Source of the DNA: a virus
Virus genome (UHGV): UHGV-1287413
DNA: 59,630 bases
Direction: 5' to 3' (one strand)
Positions 1 through 11,900 of the stretch are shown one piece after another (within the stretch, counting starts at the first letter, position 1; the number at the start of each line of letters is the position of its first letter). The position numbers were made by a program, and so were the translations under genes. The notes under the pieces are model-generated. The model saw nothing but the letters and a program-made list of their open reading frames with translations. It searched no databases and had not been told where the DNA came from.

Positions 1-119
1 AAACTGTAGCCCAGCAGCCAGTACAGCAGCAGGCTCCGGTACAGCAGCAGGCTCCGGTTGAAGACGACGCCCTGAAGTCAGCTCTGGCTGGCCTGATGGA
101 CGATGGCGCATTCGCGTAA
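1..119 (+). CDS. 3' end of the gene that starts at 58511 and crosses the window junction; encodes ...ETVAQQPVQQQAPVQQQAPVEDDALKSALAGLMDDGAFA*
   Basis: Reading frame runs from 59630 into 1 with no stop (g at 59630 plus aa at 1-2, then act...); stop TAA at 117-119; same QQQAPV codon repeat as the end of the window. Confidence 0.7.
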   Translation, partial: TVAQQPVQQQAPVQQQAPVEDDALKSALAGLMDDGAFA

Positions 120-131
120 CAGGAGGTAGGT

Positions 132-431
132 ATGCGAGCACAACAGATTTATGATAATGTTGTGCTCCCATTTATGGATGCCACCCGCAAGGCTGGCATC
201 CCCGCTGCTTCGGTAGCGCGGATAGTGGGAGTATCACGGGGCACCCCATACTTTTGGGAGAAGCAGCGCTTCATGCCGAACGAGGACATGCAGAAGCTGC
301 TGATTACCCTGACCGAAAAGATTAATGTGGCGCTGGAAAACGAAGATTTGCCACTCGTATTTGACTACGACGCGGAGCTGCGTCGGGTACTAGGGGTTAA
401 GGCAGACGTAGTAACCGGGGCCACAGAGTAA
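132..431 (+). CDS. hypothetical small protein with a possible helix-turn-helix segment (AASVARIVGVSRGTPYFW)
   Basis: 99 aa ORF with RBS aggaggtaggtATG; lies between the SSB-like gene and the primase gene. Confidence 0.5.
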   Translation: MRAQQIYDNVVLPFMDATRKAGIPAASVARIVGVSRGTPYFWEKQRFMPNEDMQKLLITLTEKINVALENEDLPLVFDYDAELRRVLGVKADVVTGATE

Positions 432-483
432 CTTGAACCCCGATTGGGAGGGGTCTAGACTACCACCTCCGACACATAAGGGC

Positions 484-3400
484 ATGGACATGACATTATC
501 TATTGAGCAATTCCTTTCTCAAATCCTTCCAGAAGGCGCGGTTTACGCTGCCACCTCCATTGACCCGGCCACCCGCAAACCATCACAGAAGGCGCTGTCC
601 ACTCCGCGTGACGTGGCGGTGTATTGTTTGCAGGCCGATGCCGATGGCCAGGACGCTTTCTATGCGATGGCTGGATTTGAAAAGGGATGGCACAACGACC
701 CTATGGGGCGCACGAAGGCTGACGGTTCGCCGAAGAAAGTCTTCCGTACCCAGGAGAACGCCAGGGCAATCAAGTCGTTCTGGCTCGACCTGGACTGCGG
801 CGTAGGCAAAGACTACCCGGACCAGAAGGCTGCGTGCCTGGCGGTGGTCCAGCTCACTAAGACGGTGGGCCTGCCGACTCCACTGGTGGTTAATTCCGGT
901 AACGGTATCCACTGCTATTGGGTACTGGAGAAGGCGATCTCTGCCGCCATGTGGAAGAAGGTAGCTTGCCTGTTCTCTGGCGTCGTATCGCACGTTGGCA
1001 TCCTGACCGACTCACAATGTACCACCGACGAAGCGCGTGTACTCCGCCCGGTTGGCACGCACAACCACAAGCATGGCCAGCTGAAGCCTGTGGCGGCACT
1101 GACGCCGCTCAAGCTGGTGGACCCGGTAGCGTTCGTCACTGCGGTGAAGAACTACGCTGTGGCCAATGGCGTGAAGCCTGTGAACATTGTGCGCCAGGAG
1201 AACCAGGCACCAGCTAACATCGCTAACAATCCTGTGCTGGCCGCGCTATGGAACAACGGCAACTTCCAGGCTGTCATGGGCCACGCGATGATGGCCGAAC
1301 GTAACAAGGATGCTGACCGTATCCGCAGGAACTGCGAGCAGATCGCAACGGCTGGCTCCCAGCTGTATCCGAACTGGTTCAACATGATGACCGTGATGAA
1401 CTGCTGTCCGACTGGCCGCGAGGTCGCACGCGAGATTTCTGCTGCGGACCCGCGCCACAACGATGCGCAGTTCTTCCAGAAGTACGACCACGATGTGGTT
1501 CACGGTAGTAACGGTCCGGCGTCCTGCCGTTCGTTCGATGCGAACAACCCTGGCACCTGTGTTAACTGCCCGTACTATGGCAAGGTGGTGACACCTGCGG
1601 AGCTGGGGCGTATCCCGGTCAGCGAAGTCAGCACCCAGCAGGCCCAGCCAGACCCATCGGCCCACGTCGAATCCAAAGTCATCGCTGTCCAGGAACCAAT
1701 CAAAGCACCACCAGCGAAGACGCTGGACATTAAAGGGTTCGTTGCCTACCCACTGGAAGACCCACGCTTCGTTATGCGCGAAGGACAGGGGCTTGTCCAT
1801 GTGTGGGAAGAAGACGTGGACGGCGGTGACCCTATCCGCAAAGAGAAGGTCATCCTGGAGTCATGCTTCTATCTGCTGTACGCCGTCCGCACCAACATGG
1901 GACGTACAGACCAGCAGATGACCTACATGTTCCAGATTACCAACCCGTTCGATAAGCCTCGCCAGGCCAGCATGTCGGCCAGAGACTTCGGTAGTGACCA
2001 GTCTATCCGTACCTGGCTGTTCAACAATCAGATGCTGCCAACGTCAGGCAACGAGAAGAAGGTCATTGAATGTATGCGTACATATCTCGCTAAACTCCAG
2101 CGCAAAATCCCGTGCATGGATATGCGCGAACACTTCGGTTGGTCTGTGGCCACGAACCAGCAGGGCGACGAACGTCGCACCTTCGTGTTAGGTGAGTGCA
2201 TCCTGTCTGCGAACCAGCCGCGTTCTGAGGTTGCCCTGCCTACCAGGCTGCAACGCTACTCCGAACACAAGGTCACCAGCGCCGGGACACTCGACGGCTG
2301 GAAGGCAGTGCCGCAGTTCTACGAGAAGCATAATATTATATGGGGCCAGATGGGTATCGCGCTTGCGTTTGCAGCACCACTCATGAACTTCGCGCCAGGC
2401 ATCGCCAAGAACGGTATCGTGAACTTCTGGTCACGCCTGTCCGGTACTGGTAAGACGACACTCCAGCACGCAGTGAACAGCGTATGGGGCCACCCGGAAG
2501 AACAGCTGCTGAACATCCAGTCAACAATGAACAGCCGCTTCGCTATCATGGGGATGCGCCACAACCTGCCAGTGTGTCTGAACGAGATTACCAACCTGAG
2601 TGACGTGGACCTGTCAGAGATGCTGTTCCAAATGTCGGAAGGTCGTGAGAAGGACCGCCTGTCTGATGGTGGCCAGAGCATGATGGCATCCGGTAGCTGG
2701 TCCACCATCACCATTATGTCGGCGAACAACACCGTCTTCGATAAGATGCAGGCGTTGTCCCGTGACCGCGACGGCGAGATTAAGCGTGTCCTGGAACTCG
2801 AAGTGGACATGGCTGGTATCGCTCCGGCGCTGGCGAACGAGATGACGGCGGCGATGAACAAGAACTATGGCCACGCTGGCGAGGTATTCATTCAACGCCT
2901 GCTGGACAACCCTGACCTGCTGGCCATGATTCCGAAGGCGATGGCGGCATGGGTAGAGAAGCACATCGCCAGCCAGGACGAGCGCTACTGGATGAACACC
3001 ATCGCTGCGGCTGTCGTAGCCGCCAAGCTGTCTAACACGATGGGCCTGACCAACATCGACATTCCTGCGGTGGTTGATTACGCGATGGGTATGGTTCGCC
3101 GGATGCGCTTCAGCATGGTTGAGTCGAAGAAAGAGATCGAGAGCTGCCTCAACGATTACCTGGCTGACAGCCTGCGCGATATCCTCATGGTGGCATCCGC
3201 CAACAACGCCAACCAGATGGATATGCCGACGCACATGGACAGCTATGTGAGACGTATCCCTGTGGGTGACCTGGGTATTCGTATCGAGATGGCCGAGCGG
3301 CTGATGTTCGTCCGTTCTGGCCACCTGCGGACCTGGTGCAAACAGCATGGCCTGACGCCGGAGCTGGTGGTTAACAAGCACCTGGTCGAGAATGTCCAGA

Positions 3401-3549
3401 AGACGAAGCGTATGTCAGTGGGCGTGAACTCATTGCCTCCGGTGTCCGCGAAGTGCTGGGTGATTCGCGTACCGGAGGAAATGGACCTGGAGAAATTTAC
3501 CGACGCTGGGACTCAGCCAGCTGCTGACGGTCAAGTAACTGCTGACTGA
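484..3549 (+). CDS. DNA primase-polymerase (AEP family) fused to a D5/SF3-type helicase
   Basis: DxD motif FWLDLDCG and SGNGIHCYW motif typical of archaeo-eukaryotic primases; Cys cluster CVNCPYYG; Walker A GTGKTT at about aa 640. The track ORF starts at a TTG at 433; the first ATG is at 484. Confidence 0.8.
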   Translation: MDMTLSIEQFLSQILPEGAVYAATSIDPATRKPSQKALSTPRDVAVYCLQADADGQDAFYAMAGFEKGWHNDPMGRTKADGSPKKVFRTQENARAIKSFWLDLDCGVGKDYPDQKAACLAVVQLTKTVGLPTPLVVNSGNGIHCYWVLEKAISAAMWKKVACLFSGVVSHVGILTDSQCTTDEARVLRPVGTHNHKHGQLKPVAALTPLKLVDPVAFVTAVKNYAVANGVKPVNIVRQENQAPANIANNPVLAALWNNGNFQAVMGHAMMAERNKDADRIRRNCEQIATAGSQLYPNWFNMMTVMNCCPTGREVAREISAADPRHNDAQFFQKYDHDVVHGSNGPASCRSFDANNPGTCVNCPYYGKVVTPAELGRIPVSEVSTQQAQPDPSAHVESKVIAVQEPIKAPPAKTLDIKGFVAYPLEDPRFVMREGQGLVHVWEEDVDGGDPIRKEKVILESCFYLLYAVRTNMGRTDQQMTYMFQITNPFDKPRQASMSARDFGSDQSIRTWLFNNQMLPTSGNEKKVIECMRTYLAKLQRKIPCMDMREHFGWSVATNQQGDERRTFVLGECILSANQPRSEVALPTRLQRYSEHKVTSAGTLDGWKAVPQFYEKHNIIWGQMGIALAFAAPLMNFAPGIAKNGIVNFWSRLSGTGKTTLQHAVNSVWGHPEEQLLNIQSTMNSRFAIMGMRHNLPVCLNEITNLSDVDLSEMLFQMSEGREKDRLSDGGQSMMASGSWSTITIMSANNTVFDKMQALSRDRDGEIKRVLELEVDMAGIAPALANEMTAAMNKNYGHAGEVFIQRLLDNPDLLAMIPKAMAAWVEKHIASQDERYWMNTIAAAVVAAKLSNTMGLTNIDIPAVVDYAMGMVRRMRFSMVESKKEIESCLNDYLADSLRDILMVASANNANQMDMPTHMDSYVRRIPVGDLGIRIEMAERLMFVRSGHLRTWCKQHGLTPELVVNKHLVENVQKTKRMSVGVNSLPPVSAKCWVIRVPEEMDLEKFTDAGTQPAADGQVTAD

Positions 3550-4000
3550 TGCAGAGGTTAAGCTGGCGAGCTACATCATTGGCTCGCCGAGCATCTTCTC
3601 TATTTCCGTCAAGCGCGATTCGAAGCGCTCCACGAAGTCGGGCTTCACGGGCTTCAGCTCGCTTGAGACGGGTGGCAAGGTTATCGGCGTCGGCTGTATC
3701 ACCTGCGGCTTCTGAGCGCACCCCGTCAGTAATGCGCAGAACGCGATGTAACAGCTCGTCAGTTTTAGTGGTGTCATCGTATACCCCATCTTTATAAAAT
3801 GCCTCAGCGCCCCGGAGATTTGCGAGATTCGCGTCCTTCGCATCTGCTCTGTCCTGGTTCGTTTCCTGGACATGAACCACCGACTTCTCCGCCTCCCCCT
3901 TATCCCGTTCGGCCACCTGCCAACGGGCGGTGAGATATCCGCATAAGAATATGGCCACAACTAAGGTGGCCATCGCTAATACTTTTAACGTCCGAGACAT
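3497..4000 (-). CDS. Rz-like i-spanin (inner-membrane spanin, type II membrane protein with coiled coil)
   Basis: N-terminal transmembrane segment VLAMATLVVAIFLCGYLTA followed by a charged, coiled-coil periplasmic domain; last gene of the lysis cassette; overlaps the endolysin start. Confidence 0.7.
   Translation of the reverse strand: MSRTLKVLAMATLVVAIFLCGYLTARWQVAERDKGEAEKSVVHVQETNQDRADAKDANLANLRGAEAFYKDGVYDDTTKTDELLHRVLRITDGVRSEAAGDTADADNLATRLKRAEAREARLRGALRIALDGNREDARRANDVARQLNLCISQQLLDRQQLAESQRR
3571..3777 (-). CDS. Rz1-like o-spanin lipoprotein, fully embedded in the +1 frame of Rz
   Basis: MTPLKLTSCYIAFCALLTGCAQKP has a signal peptide and lipobox (LLTGC); proline-rich mature part QPTPITLPPVSSELKPVKP; embedded like lambda Rz/Rz1. 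Confidence 0.6.
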   Translation of the reverse strand: MTPLKLTSCYIAFCALLTGCAQKPQVIQPTPITLPPVSSELKPVKPDFVERFESRLTEIEKMLGEPMM

Positions 4001-4557
4001 AGTGCTCGCTCCTTACCGCGCCGCGTCTCCAGGCCAGGCAGCTTCACGCCACCACCGTAGACGTATAGCGGTAGCCTGTCACATGCCGCCTTGTACTGGC
4101 CCTGGATGAGTAGCTTGTACACCGGGTAACCACGGAACTTCGCGCAGCCCATGTTGAACACGAAGGAGCCGAACGCGTCGAATACACCCTGCGGCAGTTG
4201 CCTGCCCAGCTGGTCCTCGACGTACTTCTCAATGCAGTTCTGCGCGTCGAACAGGTCTTCGGCGAACCACTTCTCAATCGTGGCCAGGGAGTACACCCCG
4301 ACACCCGCACGCACATCGTTCCCGGCGTGGCCAATGCCAGCCGTCAGACGGTTGGCCGGACACATGTATGGGTCTTGTCGGCAACCTTCAGCGTTCCCGA
4401 TAATCTCCATAGCTTCTTTGCTGAAGCGCAGCGGGTTACCCTGCGGCGCGAGCTGCGTTGGTGCAGAACGCTTAGGTGTGTCCTGCACCGTGTACGTTCC
4501 GAAGACCGCAGCAATTACGATCCCCACGGAACATACAATCTTCTTAGCCTTGTTCAT
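3985..4557 (-). CDS. SAR endolysin, glycoside hydrolase family 24 (T4/P22-type lysozyme)
   Basis: Catalytic region EGCRQDPYMCPANRLTAGIGH fits the EG.R...Y.D/C...T.GIGH lysozyme pattern; N-terminal Gly/Ala-rich weakly hydrophobic SAR segment KKIVCSVGIVIAAVFGTY. Confidence 0.85.
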   Translation of the reverse strand: MNKAKKIVCSVGIVIAAVFGTYTVQDTPKRSAPTQLAPQGNPLRFSKEAMEIIGNAEGCRQDPYMCPANRLTAGIGHAGNDVRAGVGVYSLATIEKWFAEDLFDAQNCIEKYVEDQLGRQLPQGVFDAFGSFVFNMGCAKFRGYPVYKLLIQGQYKAACDRLPLYVYGGGVKLPGLETRRGKERALCLGR

Positions 4558-4903
4558 CTCCTTCCCCCATTCCCATCTTTGATGCCTTGCTGATTGCCTG
4601 GCTGGCCAATACCGCCGTGCTGGCAGACGGCTTGTCCTTCACATCATCCAGGTACTTCAGCATCGCCTCCGTCCGCCTTTCTTCTTCCTGCCGATAAATC
4701 TCCATCCGTCGCTTCCGGTCTTCTCTTTTCGCTATCCATGCGAGAATGGAGATCGAGACGCTTACCAGAGCAGGGATAATCAGCACAAGGTCTTCTAAGC
4801 TCATTCCCGTGAACGCCACTGTTAACGTCATTGAGACGTGGATTATCCTGTCGAGCTGGTCCTGGATACGCTCACGGAGCCAATCCGGTAGAAGTTCCAA
4901 CAT
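4544..4903 (-). CDS. holin (probably a two-transmembrane pinholin-like protein paired with the SAR endolysin)
   Basis: 119 aa with hydrophobic segments VSMTLTVAFTGMSL and LVLIIPALVSVSISILAWIA, then a highly charged C-terminus; immediately upstream of the endolysin and overlapping it. Confidence 0.6.
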   Translation of the reverse strand: MLELLPDWLRERIQDQLDRIIHVSMTLTVAFTGMSLEDLVLIIPALVSVSISILAWIAKREDRKRRMEIYRQEEERRTEAMLKYLDDVKDKPSASTAVLASQAISKASKMGMGEGDEQG

Positions 4904-4912
4904 GTGCCCTCC

Positions 4913-5521
4913 CTATGCGGTCACATTCAGCGTACCCTGCTGAACGGCCACATGACCGTCGCAGTTGGTTGCTGCCACCGAAATATTAAACGTACCAGCC
5001 CCAGTTGCGACGCCGCTAAAGTTCACGAAGTTCGCACCCACTTCCACCTTCACCCAGGACGGAGCGCCCTGCACGGCAATGGTCATTGGTGTGTCACCAG
5101 TGAATACGGCAGAACCACTCCAGCTCGCACCGGACTTCGCCGCAGGCAGCGTAATGCCAGCTGCTGCTACTGCAACGCAAGGACAGTCTCCATCGCAGCA
5201 GTCGTAGGTACAGATTAAATCTTTGACCACAGCAGGGACCATCTCGAACCGCACGCAGCTACCACGGGGGAAGTTACGCGGGTCTGTGCCGTCCTCGCCA
5301 CGAGTGACGAGTAACGTATTGCAGGTGTTTTCTACCTTGATAATCTCCGCGCCTGTAGGGTCACGGAGTACCAGATAAGTATACCCTTCATCCGGTACTG
5401 CCGCCATCAATTTACTTTCATCCGAAGATGAGAGCGGCAGTTGCCTGTCGCCCTTGTCGAGTCGTGCATTCAGGGATGCAGCGAATTGTACTGGTGTCAC
5501 TAACATTCGAACTCTCCACAT
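4913..5521 (-). CDS. hypothetical Cys-rich protein (CTYDCCDGDCPC), possibly virion-associated
   Basis: 202 aa ORF between the giant virion protein and the lysis cassette; beta-rich composition. Confidence 0.4.
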   Translation of the reverse strand: MWRVRMLVTPVQFAASLNARLDKGDRQLPLSSSDESKLMAAVPDEGYTYLVLRDPTGAEIIKVENTCNTLLVTRGEDGTDPRNFPRGSCVRFEMVPAVVKDLICTYDCCDGDCPCVAVAAAGITLPAAKSGASWSGSAVFTGDTPMTIAVQGAPSWVKVEVGANFVNFSGVATGAGTFNISVAATNCDGHVAVQQGTLNVTA

Positions 5522-5916
5522 GGTGGGATGCCCACGGTAACAGCACGGTCAATGATAACTGGCCTGTTGCACAGGTCGATATCGAAACACGTCTGCGTGC
5601 AGACACCTTCCAACATTACCTGCCCACGGTAACGTCCCGGTGGCAGACTCCACAATCTAAAGTCAAAGTAGAATACCACATTCCCATCGTCGTCAACCTC
5701 GAACGCTGGATAAGATAAAGCCGGAATCTCCGGCCTCATGCTACGCCACTTCAGTTCGCAGTCTTCCCAATAGGGTTCTTTGTAGTCCGGGTACGGGCAG
5801 CTGGCCGGGGTGATAACCAGGTCAACGTGCCTGTCCATGAGTTGTTTGCCTGAGCAGCCGGGCTGCACAATTCGCAGCCCCAGCTTAGGCGTGTCTTCAC
5901 ACAGCCTGACGATCAT
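5500..5916 (-). CDS. hypothetical Cys-rich protein (12 Cys in 138 aa)
   Basis: ORF overlaps the end of the giant gene (ATGA overlap at 5913-5916). Confidence 0.4.
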   Translation of the reverse strand: MIVRLCEDTPKLGLRIVQPGCSGKQLMDRHVDLVITPASCPYPDYKEPYWEDCELKWRSMRPEIPALSYPAFEVDDDGNVVFYFDFRLWSLPPGRYRGQVMLEGVCTQTCFDIDLCNRPVIIDRAVTVGIPPCGEFEC

Positions 5917-8900
5917 TTAAGCCCCCTCGCTCTGCGGATGAACTCGCGCATCATCCGTTCTTCTTTTTCCACATGCTGCTCGTACTTAGGACTCAGCAGC
6001 TCCAGGCTAAGGTCTTTCTGTTTGTAGTCCTTCACGCTGGCCTTCAGCTCACGGTTCGCTTTCTCGCGGGCCTTGTCTGCTTCGATAGCATACTGTACCA
6101 GCAGAGCTTCCTGCGGGGAACCACCAGCTACCAGAACGCGGCGGTACGCAGCTGTCGCAGCATCGCCTGGCTTCGTGCCTTCTTTGGTACGCAGCTGGCC
6201 ATACTTGCGGAGAATGTCGTCAGCCTGCTCCTGGTATTTCCAGTACGTGCGCGACACGCCACGGCTACCGTTGTCCCAAAACTGTGCGACACCCACAGCG
6301 TCCCACACCGGGCCAATCTCCTGACGGGAGGTCAGCTTACCGCCAGTGGTGTACAGCGAGCTTTTCTCCAGCGCGGTGCTCACCCCACGCAGCGGACCCA
6401 CCAGCCATGCCTGGGACAGATGGCGGATGTTCTCCGGGTAGGTGTCCAGGCCAGTGGTGCTGCGCAGCGCCTTAGCGATATCGGTCCACACCTGCGGCGT
6501 GTTCGACATGGCAGCGTCCGAGGCAAACCCTTCTCGTGCCGCCTTGCTGTGAATCATGCCACCAAAGTGGTTGGTGTTCATGGCCACTTCCAGCATCGGA
6601 GACAGGATTGCAGGGGCGGCACTAAGCGTTAAGCCAGCCATAATATTATCGGACATGACCTTAGTCTCCAGCTCGATAGGCTGAAGCTCGCGCAGTATGG
6701 CCAGTGTCGTAGAACCCATTACTTTGCCTGGGGTGTCAACGCCACGGGACAGACGGTGCAGGCCAGCACCAATCATCCAGGATGCGCGGGACATACCGAA
6801 CGCTACCGGAATCTTGATGATATCGTTCTTGCCGATAATCAGCGGGATGTTCATGGACAGGTCATCCATGCTCATGTTGTCGAGCAGGTTGCCCTGGTCG
6901 TCATCGTCTCCGGCCATAGAGCTGGCCAGCGAGAACAGCATGGAGTAGAGCGCGATGCTGCTCACCACGTTCGCTGCGAAGATGGCCTGGCCACGACGCG
7001 AACGCAGGTTGCGCAGCATGTTGCGGCCACCCTCGAAGGTCGGCGCGATGAACGGATAGAACACAGACAACGTGCCATGCCACTCACCTTTGTTGCTGGC
7101 GTTCATCACATCCAGGGTACGGAACGCGGCCTGGTCGGCAGGCACGTCCATGTTCCGCAGCGCCATGTAGCCAGCCACCGCAGGAGCCGCTGCCCACATC
7201 TCGTTCCAGTGGGTGAAGAAGCGGTCCAGTGACTTCGCGTGTTTGCGCAGCCCGGTCATGGATTTTAGTGTGGAGCGCATGTCGGTGACGGACTTCGCCA
7301 GCGCGTGCTGGTAAGTTGATACACCGCCGAGGCGTTGCAGCTCTTGATACGCACGTACTGTAGGCGTGTCTGCGCGACCCCCTGTCATGAGATATGCACC
7401 GAGGTTGGCCACATGCACCGGATTATAAAGCGAAGCCATCATAGCTGTGTACACCTTACGCATCGGAATAACATTGCCATCGGCGTCTGTAATCTTACGG
7501 ATAGAGAGCGTTCGGCGGCGCTCTCCAGCATCACGCCACCAGGTCTTGACCGGGAACAGTGGGTTGTACTTCGTCAGCAGTCGGCCAAAGCCAGCAGTCG
7601 CGCCGCTCAACAGCTTGACCACTTTCCAGTCCGGCTCTGCATGGTTGTCGAAGATGCCCTGGGAGATCGCATCGTCGTCGAAGTAATACTTGTACCGGGT
7701 AATGGTCGGCTGCTGGTTCTCATCCACGCCGCGCACGGTGTAGGTGAAGCCGCGCTTGTCGTAGATTTCCTGGTTAAACACATCGCTGCGCGGGTTCATA
7801 CGGGCGTCGGCCAGGTTCACACGCTGAAGACCAGCTGGGCGGTCATTCAGATACATGGCGTGCAGCTGCTCTTTGAATGGCATTGACTCAATCCCTGCCG
7901 CCGTCCGGTACAGCATCTGCTGCAACGTAATCATAGCGTGGCTGGCACGCGTGACAGAACCGTTACGGGTGTAGTCGCCAGCCGGGTTGAAGTTGCTGGT
8001 GCCCAGGTACACGTCATTGCCTGCATCCTGGCGTTCGTGGTTCACGTACAGCGGCACGTAGTCAGTAAAGCCGTGCGCGTTCCACTGGTCAACTTCCTCC
8101 TGGAGCAGCGTGCCGTTGCGCACGCGCTCTTGCACCAGACCATCAACGGTGGCGCGGGTGAGGCGACGGAACTCTGCCAGGTCTTCCGGGCGGTAGCCGA
8201 GTGCTTCGACCTTCTGGATACCAGCGCGTGCCTGGGCATCGGTCAGGCCACCAGCCAGACCACCCACGCCTACTTTGCGCAGCTCTCCGATATCTGCCTG
8301 GCCGTTCTGCACCTGGTCGAACGTGGCCAGCTTAGTCTGCGCGGCCTGCACTTCTGCTTCGGTCCCGGTGAGGATGATGTTGTTCAGGTCATTCTCCAGG
8401 TTCTGGCGTAGGGCACGGTTCGCTTCCGGGATGTGACGGAAGGTCTGCCACGAACCCATCTCCAGACCAACCTGGTCCGGGCTGCGGCCAAGACGCTGCG
8501 CCACGGAGACGATGTGGTTGAAGATTGGTACCATGTACTGCTGGGTCAGTGCTTCGTTGCGCTGGCGCATACGGTTGTTCTGCGACTTCAGCGCGTAGAT
8601 GGCAGCGTGCGCATCGTGCTCGCCGTTCGTAGGCACCAGACCCGTGTCGTCCATCCAGGAGATGAATGCGTGCTGGGAGTCCGACAGCTTCTGCGCCAGC
8701 TTGCCCGTCCAGTCGCCCAGGCGTGATGCGTTGTGGGCAGGCTGGTCATTCACAGCTGACTGCTGCTTACCGAGCACAGCGTCAACGGAGTGGTAGTCCT
8801 TATCGGACACACTGCGTGGCGTAGCGTTCGGGTCCAGTGTCTGGTCAGGAGACTGGTTCTTCTTGCCCTTCTGCGCACGACGCTGGTTGCGGCCAAACGC

Positions 8901-11900
8901 TAAGAATGGCAGTGCCGCCGCGTAGACAATACCGCTGTCAGCCGGGTCGTTGCCCTGGGCGGCAGTGAACGCTGTCGCCGTAGACATGTCACCGTTCTGC
9001 GCTTCTTCGGTCACCGCCGCGCCAGTGTCCATAACATTACTGCCAGTGTCATGGAAGTCGCCGGGGGCGATGGTGCTGGTGCTTGACTGGTACTGCGTCG
9101 CGTCAGGGGAGTCGAACTTCTCTGGCATCTGCTCGCTCGGCTTCAGGTTCTGCTGCGCACGCTGCTCGTCGATACCTTTGAACACGTCGCCCAGGCTACG
9201 CTGGTCAGGCAGCACATAGAGCTTACCGTCGAACTTACCGGACAGGTACTTGTTGTAGAGGTCAGCCGGGATGTTGATGCAGCCCAGGCTGATACGGTTG
9301 TCTTCCGCAGTCGGGCTGGCCAGGCGACCAGGGCGGTCCTGTTTGTTGTTCGTCAGCACACGGTGGATGGCGTACACGTCGCCGTCCGGTGCAGTGGCGA
9401 ACTGTTGCAGGTCACCGCCGTAGGATGCAGGAGCGGCCTCCTGGTGGATTGTGAAGATACCAGCAGGGGTTTCGCCGATGGTCATGCCATCGCCCATCTT
9501 GCGGCCATACAGCGCAGGAGCCGTGGCTTTCACCTGGCCATCTGCACCGACGATGTGAATCTCGCCAGACTGCTTGTCAGCGATGATGTACGGACGGCCT
9601 GCGTTATCCTTGCTCTGCTGTACCCAGGAGTTCACAGCGCTGGCCGGACGACTCAAGCCCTGCACCTGCTGTACAGTCTGGACATAGCCCTGGCCAGTGG
9701 CGGCTACGGCGTCATTGACAGGCACCATGTTGTTGATGGTGATTGCCGCCAGAACGATAGCCAGTGCCCGCGCCAGCTTCTGGATGATCGCACGGCCAAA
9801 CTTAGACATGCGCAACATAATGTCGGAGTTCGGTGCTTCGCCAGCGTTCATGAGCAGCTGGTCCTGCACGGCGGTGTCACGGAATGCGGCGAAGCTGTCT
9901 GCTTCAGGCGGCAGTGTGTCAGCCATGTCAGCGTACTCGCGCTGCAACGCCAGACGTTCGGCAGGCTCCAGCTCGTTCAGGAACACATCGTCGATTGTGC
10001 GGGCGGCGCGTCCGGTGCCCTGCTGCGGCGGACGGAACTGACGCAAGCCCTGCTCGAACAGATACTGTGCCAGCTCGTCGGCCTTAACAAAGTCACCATC
10101 CTCCAGCGCCTGGGACAGCTCCATGCCAGTGAAGGCGTGCTCGCTGTCACTCTCCGCCAGGCGGTCAGCACGAGCTGCCAGGTTCTCTGTGTTGTACCCG
10201 GACGGCGTAGTGTTCGCTTCAGCATCACGGATGATAGCCGCATCCGCAGGGCCAGGGGCACTGGTGACGCCCAGCTGTTCCTGCTCGTGGTTGGCCACTG
10301 GCTGTGCCTGGTAGATTGGGCTGGCGCGGTTGAACCCTGCCTGCTCCAGAATCTGCGCCGCGTTGTCTGCGGCCACCGGGTCATTGTTCACCAGCGCCTG
10401 GGTCAGCTCGCTCGCAGCCTGGAACAACGCAGGGTCTTTCGAACCCAGCGCTTCATACGCAGTACCGCGCAGCGCAGGCATGTCGCGACCACCGGGGGTG
10501 ATCGTGCTGGAGTCCTGCGGACGTTCTGGCAGGATACCATCCAGGCGGTTCAGCCGTTCGGTGATGTAGTCGCCAGCAGCGGAGCGGTCATTAGTACGCG
10601 CGGATTCGCGCGTAGCGTTCTGTGTCAGCCGTTCGGCCTGCTCGGCGGTCATACGTCCATCGGCCACAGCCTGGTTCATCCGCGCCAGCGCATCGGCGTT
10701 GTCGATGGACGAATCGCTCGATGGCTCCTGGCGAATGTTCGACAGTGGCAGGTTAGCGTATGTTGTAGTCGCGTTCTCTCCGCGTACCGCGAGGTTAAAT
10801 GTCCCGTCCGGGTTAATCTGAGTAACCTGTCCAGTAACTGGCTGCGCTCCACGGAACGGCGCACTGTATGTCACAGTGTCGCCTACGCGAGTGTTACGCC
10901 CCGCCTCGCTAACCGCAGCGCTGTCTGTGCTCCGACCATCTGCTGGCCCCGGTCTTGTCTCACCAGGTTCGACTCGTTCGCTAACACTGACTGCCGCGCT
11001 TGTGTCGGGTACTGGCTGATTATCTGGTCGGCTGTCGGTTGTGATGGCCCGGTCAATAGCCCCCACTGTTTCAGCTGTTGACGTAGCGCTGCCATTCTCT
11101 GCGGCACTGTCGCCCTCGGTCCGGCTAACCCCTGCGACTTCAGGCTCTGCACTAACTGACTGAGCAGCTTCAGGTACTGTGGTGGCAGCTGGTTCGCTTG
11201 CTGCGGTAACGGTTTCCATTGCGCTATTGACGTCAGCGACAGTTGCAGCGCTTCCGCTATCAGCTTCGGTGACAGGTTCTGTTGTGCCATTGTTGACTTC
11301 CTCGTTGGTCACAATCGCGCTGGCCATCTCATCCACGGCGGCTTCGCCACGGGCTGCGCGGCGCTGGTTGTACCCGTCCAGGATGCTGGTGTAGCCCAGG
11401 CCCGGTGGGACGACGCGGGTGATATTGGTCAGTGCGCTTTCAATAACATTACGGGGCGCACCGTTATCTTCAGCTGCGATGAGCTGGTCGATAAACGCGT
11501 TTGCTTCGGTGGCCTCGAACGCCTGGCCCGCACGGCTGTTAATGTCCTGGAACACAGGACGCAGCTGTGCTAACGCTGAAGTTGGCGCACTGGTATCAGT
11601 GGGCTGACTTTCGGTGGATGCTTCTTGCGTGGCTGACGGCTGTTGAGCGGCGGCTGCTTCCGTGGCATCCGGGACGGCGATCGTTCCTTCATTGTCAATA
11701 CCTCCAGTAGCTGGTTGGGGGGCAGTGTTCGGGTCAGCATTAGGCGCTCCACTGACACCAGAATCTCCCCCGGCGTCGGTTGGCGAGGCGGGTTGTCGTG
11801 TGGCACGGTAAGTCTCCCTTGCTGCGGTAACGCCGGAGATTGGCCCGGACGCGATAATACCCTGCGCGGCGGACTCGCCCACGTTGTCCAGGATATCAAT

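Noticed and set aside
9363-11081. 572-aa + strand ORF and many other ORFs of 60-250 aa antisense to the giant virion gene and to other minus-strand genes
   Set aside because: They lie entirely inside longer, better-supported genes on the other strand. Their composition is Arg-, Cys- and Ser-rich, as expected from antisense reading of high-GC coding DNA. They have no RBS and no coherent domains.
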